A stretch of DNA of 64,000 nucleotides from Chrysomallon squamiferum (lineage: Eukaryota; Animalia; Mollusca): the NCBI GenBank assembly GCA_012295275.1, contig CM022671.1, forward strand, positions 806,001 through 870,000, read 5' to 3'. Below the pieces are notes generated by a model that was given only the letters and a program-made list of their open reading frames with translations, did not search any database and had not been told where the DNA came from. Below, piece after piece: positions 54,908-64,000 of the stretch. Position numbers and translations under genes: made by a program. How positions within the stretch are numbered: position 1 is the stretch's first letter; the number at the start of each line of letters is the position of its first letter.

Positions 54908-57809
54908 AAGAATAAGAATAAAATAAAAAAATAAAAATAAATAAAAAAATATATATTTCTGACGGAAAGGAAATTATTGAAAATAAAAAGGTGTTGAATG
55001 ACAGATTAGAATTCTTGACTGAAAGAGATTTTAACAAGTTCAGATCTGTTTGGTGCATTCAATGTTCAAGCCAGAGATTTAGTCTTTTCTCCTTTTGTGC
55101 AAAAATTTACATTTTCTGCTAATATTTTTGTCAGTGTATTAGACGCTAATTATGCAAGTTTTATCTTAAAATGTCATCACTTCTCTTTATTAATGAATTT
55201 GTTTTACATCATAAAACAGTTAGAATCATAATTTAGCTGAAGTAAACAATTTAAATGTTACTGATGAACTTACTTCCTGAGGAAGAACACTGAATCCTTT
55301 AGGTAGGGCTATGGCATGAACTTTTACTTCTTGTTGTACAGCCATTGCATCTAGTACACTGGATGTCATGACAACACCTTTAGTATCAGAGGCTACAGTG
55401 TTCCAGCCAAAGAGTCCAACAGGACCAGATCTGTTTTTAAATAAATAAAATGATAACCATACTTCTCTGTTGGAAGGTACTGTAATTTGTCAGAAATTAA
55501 GATCTATTAAAAGAGTTAAAAAGTATATTCTTTGTTTATAGATGTATAAATCTGTTACAGACAAAAATCACAGTAAAATATATAAAAATTTATTTTTCCC
55601 CTGTAATATTAAGAATTAAATTCAAAACAAATTTGTTTGCAGCCAGATTCAATTAGTATTTAATTTACAAAATATAATTCCACAAAAGCTTAATTTTCAC
55701 AAACTTTTACTTACTGAAAATATTTATTGGCAATATAGTGTAGTCTACACAGCTAATAATTATAAGCAAAGCATGCTGCATTGACAACTGGTATTTAAAT
55801 GATGATATGGCTAACCTTGGAAGAAGGTCGGTAGTGGTTTTAATGCTTTCATCATCTGACACTTTTAACAGAAGTCTCTTTAAACCTACAACTGTTGACT
55901 GCATGTTATAGATTGGAAACAGAAGTGACTGGGAATTGACATCGTAACGAACTGAATATTTGCTCATTGTAGAAATATTCAGTTTCTAAAGTAAAAAAAA
56001 ATTAAAATATAATAATAAAAACAAATTAACAAACAAACAAATAAAGACAAATAGAGAAAACAAAAATAATTATTTGAATTTTACCTATAATTAAAAAGTT
56101 AGATTAAGCTTATCATTTATGAGCTATTATGAAATGATAAAGACTTAAAGTAAAAATCATGGTAATTTGAATTTCAGAATGTACATAATTCAGTATGAGC
56201 CATTTAGAGATCAAAATACATTTATTTATTTCATATGGATTATTAAATATTTACATTAAAAACATGAAACATAGTCAGTCTCACTTATATGTACTGATAC
56301 AGCATATAAAAGACAAACTTTAATCAACAAATAATGCTCATGAACAAGCACATGAAAAATCACATTGCTACCTCACAATCGAAATCCTCAACCAGTTTGT
56401 TAAAGTCTTCATTGCTGAGATCTCCTACAGAGTTTGCCTTTGTCCACAGATCTCCAACATGTCTCGACTCCGAGTCCAGCTTCTGAACTGAGTCAACATC
56501 TTTAAAGCAGTCGTAATCCTTCCTGCTGTCAGACACATTTCATAAATTATACAACACTAAATACTAGTAAAATTGTATTTGTTGTCATTAAAAAAACATT
56601 ACTACTGAGAATGAGTTAGATAAAATAACGACAAAAACCATATAAAGTCATGTCAATCTTCTTCATTTTTCAAAAATTTACCACTGCAGAAAACAAGAAT
56701 TCTGTTCCATTAGAAAAAGACACAAATAAAATGATTTACTTTTTCTTGTATCTGGACAGGAGGAGAACGTTGTCTTTCAGTTCAGGCCATCCTCCCAGCT
56801 TCTGACAGTGCTCACACAGAAAATGCCCTAAAAAACAAAAAATTAAAATAAATTAATAAAACTATAATTCTGTTTTAAACAAGTATTATATCATATATGC
56901 CTTGCTTAATATTAATACTCCTGCTTTAATCCATTCGATTAGAATAAAACATTTTAAAATAATGTAATAGATTAGCACAAATATAGAGACAAGTATGTCC
57001 TAAGTATATTTACAATTTTAAATTTTGCAATATATGTTTATACACTGCTAGAGTACTTATATACAAAGAAAAATTCAGAACAATGTTCAGAACGTTCACA
57101 TCTTTTGGGTAGGACATTTAGTTAATCTGAATTAAAATGGTTAATTGGTAGATTAAAACTCAAGATTAAGCAATGAGTCTATACTAAGAACTTGGCCTTT
57201 GATGGCATCAATAAACAATAAAGAATATTTTTTGTTTTAAAATGCACTCCCAAACAAAGAAGAGAAGAAAATTAAATATATATTTACAAATGGTATAGAT
57301 TTACCTGTAGTCATATTAATATAGAGTTTCTCATTACATTTCTCCTGACTTTTAATTTTAGAAAGTTTGGGACATCTAGATATGAAACACGTGTACCCTT
57401 GTTCAAACTTCATGTAAGATGCTGCCAAGAACTTCTGAATTGACTGCGGAGTTACTACATCTTCCTCTTTGATGTTAACAGATTTTGTAAAATGTCTCTT
57501 TGGAATTAAGTAAACACCTGACTGATTGTTTTGTACATTTAGACAACTTTCAACACAGTGGCTAGAACCAGAAATATGATGTGAAGTTTTAAATATACTG
57601 TTCATACTAACACCAGGCATTTTAAAACAACTATTTTTAATTATACTTTTTGAATAATATTTATCATACGATTGAAAATATTTAGGTGATACTGGTTTTG
57701 AAGTTAATTTTCTTTCATGCAAATGAACTATGCACATTAGTAAACTGTTATGTGGATAAAGTAGATTAATGTTTCTGTTAACAATCTTGGAGTACACATT
57801 GCTGTTCAT
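51744..57809 (-). CDS. TWNK: Twinkle mitochondrial DNA helicase, ~13 exons; true start uncertain
   Basis: [33 protein letters not shown] (Walker A), [50 protein letters not shown]; TOPRIM-like LWFGDD; N-terminal [15 protein letters not shown]. Confidence 0.95.
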
Positions 57810-57822
57810 TACATCACAGCCT

Positions 57823-58197
57823 TTAATGCTCAGTAAAACAGTGAAGTCTACTGCAGTCTTGTGAATGTTCTGTTGTTGAAAATAAAGCTATAACTTGTTG
57901 AGGTAAGAAATCACGTGTAGAATATTCGCTATCAGGGTATCTGGTAGATGCTGTGTGCTGTTCCAAACAAAATGGTTCTTCAGAAACAACTGTTTTTGAG
58001 ATGGCTAAATCACATCCATTTTCTAAGAGTCTGCTGGGACTTGTCAGCTTTATAAAACTAAGATGATCACTGTTGAATGGAGATGTAACTGGTAACATTC
58101 CATGACAAAGTGAACAACCAGTTTTGTATGTTTCTCCAGTGAGAACAACATTTTTCCATTTTGTGATTAAAACAACTCTCTTGTACAAAACAGACAT
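57823..58197 (-). CDS. 124-aa ORF directly upstream of the Twinkle ATG in a different frame (frameshifted N-terminus or uORF)
   Basis: ATG-initiated ORF after an acceptor at ~58247. Basic N-terminus MSVLYKRVVLITKWK. Stop ends 13 nt before ATG 57809. Confidence 0.5.
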   Translation of the reverse strand: MSVLYKRVVLITKWKNVVLTGETYKTGCSLCHGMLPVTSPFNSDHLSFIKLTSPSRLLENGCDLAISKTVVSEEPFCLEQHTASTRYPDSEYSTRDFLPQQVIALFSTTEHSQDCSRLHCFTEH

Positions 58198-58283
58198 AGC
58201 CCAGAAAATCTATGCTATCTTAACGGCATAATGCTAATCTGCAGATCTGAAAAAAAAGAAAAAAAAAAATAAAAAAAAAATAA

Positions 58284-58328
<45 letters not shown>

Positions 58329-59058
58329 CTATAAAATGATTTCATCTTTTAGTTAGTATTACATTTATAAATAAATAAATAAATAAATAAATAAAAATAA
58401 TAATAATAATAAAATAGCCAAAACATTTATTAGATAATGATATTTATATATTTGCTTTTAAGATTCACAATGTATTTTTTGTGTAGAATTTTAATTTCAA
58501 AATTTACATATTTAACTATTAATCAATAATAAAGGCGTTTCAAAGGGCTTTAAAGAAAATATTTAAAGCATGTTTTAATTATTATTTTCATTTCTTAAAT
58601 TACTTAAATGAGCTGATCATCTGTTTCTAAGAAAATATTAATTTCTTATGTAAAAAGTAATTTTAGACGTCTTTAGTCATTAGATCACTCAGATTTAAAT
58701 GCCAAATCGACCCTAAGCAGACTACAAATGCGTGACGTTTGGTAAACAACATTTATTACTACAAATTACTATATTTGTCACTTATGACAACGAAACAGAT
58801 GAGTTCATTTGGACAAACCAATGTTATCTGATTAGTCTTTGAATTTTTCTAGCAATCGTCATGGTTGTTTTTTAAATATCAAATTATTTGCATCACATCT
58901 TCTACTTTCCCCGCCTTTGCCATTATTAATTTTCTTAACGTAAGAATACTTAAGGGGACGTAACTACGAAATAATAAACAAATTGAGGCTCTATTGGGGT
59001 TGGAAAATGTTCATCAAAATTAAAGAAAACAGAAAAAATAATATATACACAGCAGATT

Positions 59059-59059
<1 letters not shown>

Positions 59060-59106
<47 letters not shown>
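59060..59106. repeat. (CA)n microsatellite
   Basis: Seen directly. (AAT)n at ~58284-58326 and (TA)n at ~59384-59421 are nearby. Confidence 0.95.
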
Positions 59107-59111
<5 letters not shown>

Positions 59112-59380
59112 CACTAACCACCCAAGTACACACACAAACATATACACACAAAAAAACACAAAAAACAATTTGCTCATTTATTCACTATGCTGTGTTACTC
59201 ATATTTTTCTAAATGATAAATATTTGTTCATTTTATTTGGTTAAAAGTAAAATAATTCTATTGTAATAATCATTGAATTTAAAAATAAAACTGAGATTCA
59301 TGGAACATTTTGTGTCATACTTGAAATTAAGAAAACTTGGTTTCAAAATAATTGAGTTTAATACTATTGAAGATTTAATA

Positions 59381-59425
<45 letters not shown>

Positions 59426-60528
59426 ATTAATTTTAAAACAGAGGATACACATAAAGACAACATGTAAATGTCATTAAAAAACTCAGTCTTTCTTCTTTAT
59501 TCATTTTTTCTACCATAAGATTAGATTCAGATATTTTTAAAGTGTATTTTGCTTGATAACAAAAATTCCACTTGAATCCAGGAAATAAGCTATTGTAATG
59601 TTTCAAGAGATTTTGAAATTGAACAGATTGAGATTTTATCATTAAATAAATGATCTCAGACAACATTATCTTTTATGATAAAATATTGTTTTTCTTTTAA
59701 TGTCTTCATACTGATAATGCAACAACAAAACTAAATATTTGTTTTCTCAAGGTCCTCACATCTCACAATCTTTTTGGTGTTTTTTTCCAGTCAAAATATC
59801 TTTTTATCAAGGTTATCCATACTACACTGCTTCAACTATTAAATCTTGTTCTGATATAAAATACATTAAAATATTTCAAAATTTATTATTGTTCTTCTTC
59901 TTCTTGTTACAATTGAAAAAGACCAAAAACAAATATTTGTTTCAATTCTTTATTTGCGTATGTATCACTGAAATTAATTAAAATTAAAATTATTATTGAT
60001 ATATTTAATAATGTATATCATGTTTCACCTTGAAATAAGATATATGGATTCATATCAACTCAAACTTTAAAAACATATTTACTATTAAATAATAAAATAT
60101 GAACAATCAAAAAGCAGTATTATGATATAAAAATGAAAAAACTAATCACCACAATTTTCTTTTCAGTTTAATTCTTTATTACTATACACTGACATCTAAA
60201 GTAGCATTATAGTGATCAAACAAAGTTAACAAAATATGCTGTACACAAAGCTTGTAATTACCAATTTGGTAATTATATGTAACACTAAAATATCCTTCAC
60301 CAAACATTTTTGAATCACAATATTTTCATAATAACAAATACATTAATTAACAGATACAAATAATTTACATAATAATCAATATTATTCTGTGCACCAAAAT
60401 TTATAAACTTATGAAAATTTTATGTTTCTATAATATCACTCAAATACTACAAAAAGCACTTTCCCAACAAAATTTGGAATAAATGTGTTTTAACATTTAG
60501 TTTTTTCAGTGCAGTTAAACATTTTTGC

Positions 60529-63500
60529 CTATTGTCTTCGACTGAATCCACTGTAAATTACTTGCTGTCCATTGTCTGCTGTTGCCTTGATGACAACATT
60601 TAATGATGTCAGAGATTTGGAGACTTCAACTACAGCTGTCAGTTTACTGGTCTCGGTAGGATGAAGCAAGTCACTGTATCCATCTCTAGAACCTACAGCT
60701 ATGTTGTACTGTAAAGTAGATCTTGGATGAGAGAAGACTTTTTCCCAGCTGAGAAAAACTCTATCTTCCTGCCATTCAGCAACAACCTGTGCACCTAAAA
60801 CAACAATACAAATTACAAAAAATAAAATTAATATATATGTATCAAGAATGACATTTGTAAGTTCTTACCTGATTTTAACAATAATGAAATCTGAGCAGTA
60901 TTTAAATAAAAAATATTAAATGAATATGGTTAAAAATCATCCGTGATATTTTCAGTGTTCTCCATTTTTATGAGAAAAGGGAAATTTAAATGATATAACT
61001 TTGTGCATACTGAAGGCACTGTCCAATTATAAATTTTTCTATCTAAATATATTTTGTCAAATGTTAGACTGTTTAAGACAAGAAATCTGGTAACACTAAA
61101 TTTACCTGTTAGTTGTGGAGGTCGACTGTCAATGACAACGGAACCAAAGATGGGATCACTTTTCTTCTCTCTAGCATCCACTGCAATCACCTCTGCTGTG
61201 TAGGTCACTCCATCATGAAGGTCAAGATCCACATCAGCGTAATTACAAGTTGTATTCATCCACTGTGTGACTGGTTCTTCTCCTGATTTGATGTGATACT
61301 GAAATGTTTTTATATGACTCCAGTCACCAAACCAGGCTACACATAACTTTTTGTTGTCAAACTGCACAGGAGGATGACCTGAAGAAACCTGGTTTTGTCC
61401 TGAGACAGGGAACATAACTCTTCCATTTTGTGTCTTTGGAGACTGTAACAGTACAGTTTGAGGACCCACTGTCACAGATGAATGAAGTTCAAGTTTATTG
61501 AAACATTCTATACTGGCATAAACATCTTCATGATGGTAAGCATTCGTGATTTCTAGACTGCAGTGAGTAATATCAGTGGCCAAATTCCAGGACTGAATAT
61601 CTTGAGACATTGTATTATGTCCTGCAGAAAAAAAATAAAGTAAAATAACAACTGTTTTAATGTTAATAGTTATTACCTTAAAAGTAATGATGATATAAAA
61701 GAAGAAAGGAATCTTTTAAATCCTTGAGAGAAAACAACATCAAAGCCTTTAATAAATCTATAAACCAAATGGTAAATAAACAGGTTGTCTAGGCATTCTG
61801 TATCTTTCAGTTTTGTAATTATTTAAATTATAAATTTACTGTATTTACTAAATTCCAGACTGTTTTGTTAGTAACATCTAAAATCTTACCATGAGTATCA
61901 TTATTAGGCATTTAAAAATGATAAACCTGTTTATATAACTTACCCAAAGCACACCAGCAGGATGTCACTGCAGTCTCCTTGTCCTGTACGTTCCATGTTA
62001 CATTGGCCATGACAGACACATTGTTGTCATCTTCAGAATAGTAAACCAGAGTTACGTCTGCACCACTAATTACTGGTGGAGTGTGATCAACAGTTAAAGA
62101 GTTTGACTGGAACACAGAAACTAAACCTGCAGCATTTTCAGCTGTCACTGTAACAAAGACTGGCATGCCGTGAGGAACATCAGTTTCCACAAACTCGTGG
62201 AGATGAAGCAATGTTGGTTTAAGAGGTTGTATTTGAAACCCTCCTTTGGTTGTTCCAACACCTATTTTAACTCGAATGAGGTCAGATTCTGGATCATATA
62301 CTCTAGCAGAGACTGACAGAAGAGATGGTGTTATCTGTTCAACCGTCAAAGCTTTAGAGCCACCAGTTTGTTTTATTTCTTCACACAGAAACACAGACAC
62401 ATCTTCTTGTAATATGAAGCCAGTCATTTCTGTCTGAATCTCAATATCATGGCTTCCAGATTTTGGTAAAAGAAAGTTGTGGTGGGCTTCGATTTTTGTT
62501 GAATTTTCAGTAAGCACAAATGATTTTGGAACTACTTCATCATCAACTGAAAACAAAATGTTCATTTCAGGAAAGATTTGTTCATCCTGAAGTGGTTTGA
62601 TGATACTTATTTTCAAATAGGCATTTTCTTCTACGTCAACAGTTGCTTTCAGGCTCTTTGTTTTATTTGTTTGGTTGGATGTCAGGTCGGCATTCCAGGT
62701 AACATTCAAGCTTATGTCTGAAAAATTAGAACATACAAATCCAACAGGTGGTGTAGAATCAACTAAAATGGGAGAGGTTTTCACTGTTGTACTGCGATGT
62801 CCAGCAGAATCAACTGCTGTCACTGATGCTTCATAACGTTCACCTTGAACTAGAGAGAGATTGTGGAGAACTATTCTGTTTTTAAATCCTGCATTCACTT
62901 TGACAAGTTCTGAATGTCTGTCTGTTGTTTTATAAACTGTTACTTGATAGTTAACAACAGCTGAATGAAGATCCTGAAAACCACGCCATGAAACTCCAAG
63001 TGATGTCAGAGATGACTGTACAACGTGGTTGACGTGTTCTGCTGTATTGAAGACTACACCAGCAAGAGGAGCTTCATCATCTACGACAAAACCATCAGAA
63101 AATGTCACAGTAGACAGACCTGCTTTATTTGTGGCTTTTATTGTTGTATAATATTTGGTTCCTGCTTTAAGAAGGTTTTGAGAAACTGAATAATTTGTAG
63201 CCTTTCCAACATCCAATGGTTTTAAAATGTCAGATCCTGCAAAAAGGAAAAGCAGAAATAAAACATTTGTAGCACTGAAAATTCTTATATAATTGTTTTG
63301 CACAAAAAAACAACAACATTAATAAAACTAAAATTTATAATTGCGATTATTGGATTTCTTTTTAACCTTGTTCCAAATATGTTTTATATAACAATATGTT
63401 TGTTATATCAATAGGTTGCAAAGCCATAAAGATTGCTACTTATTTAACAACAGGAACAAGATATTTTAAAGTAATCATACCATAGGGACAAGTGCCAATT

Positions 63501-64000
63501 TGAATGATGTAAGATACAATTCCACTTTGAGGATCATTGAACACACCAACCCAGCATGACATCAGACTGCTGCTCCTGGTTATAAAATCAAAGTCTGTTT
63601 CACATTTGTCAGCAGAATCTTTCACAATTTTACCTCGTCTTATTCGTGGTGGTGTTGAGTCAACTAAAACAGGTGGAGACTGAAACTGTTTGAACTGTGT
63701 AAAAGAATACCAGACTCTGACATACACAACATATTCCTGTCCATTCGTCAGTGATGTATTTGATGGCAAACAGTAGGTGACATTCTGCTGCATTCCTGTT
63801 CTGTGCCAAACTGGATCTGATTTCAAACTTGAATAAGGGATAACCCACTTTCTGTCCTCTCAGTCCAATACTCCACTGAAATCTTCTGATGTTGTGAAGA
63901 GAATTTGCTTGAACAAGATCCCATTTAGCTGTCAAACAAGATGTGGATGAATAATAATATCTATTCTCATCTGAATTCAAATCACAGCTGATTCTTATTT
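60529..64000 (-). CDS. 3' part of a large uncharacterised FN3-like beta-sandwich repeat protein (VDxTPP linkers), with an apparent +1 frameshift near 63830
   Basis: Exons >64000-63482, 63237-61944, 61621-61106, 60794-60529. Recurring motifs W.GF.D..S.I..Y, IGT..G..D, VTA.N.AGL, VDSTPP/VDHTPP/IDSRPP. Confidence 0.8.

Overview
AT-rich, intron-dense animal DNA, probably lophotrochozoan or molluscan (inferred from gene and repeat style only). Gene order: probable 3' end and long 3'UTR of an unidentified + gene, GEMIN2 (-), KIN17 (+), FAF1 (+, nearly intronless), IFT20 (-), a BACURD/KCTD10-TNFAIP1-KCTD13 BTB adaptor (+), UBE3B (+), Twinkle (-), and the 3' part of a large FN3-like repeat protein (-). 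Highlights: (1) a GC-richer non-coding island upstream of GEMIN2 with four hairpins sharing a U-UGA-A apical loop; (2) several intronic tandem repeats built from splice sites, which could add in-frame alternative acceptors or microexons; (3) IFT20-BACURD-UBE3B linkage joining two separate human neighbourhoods; (4) two +1 frame breaks, in the Twinkle 5' region and the FN3-like gene; (5) probable retro-mediated intron loss in FAF1. Exon coordinates were read by eye and may be off by a few nt.
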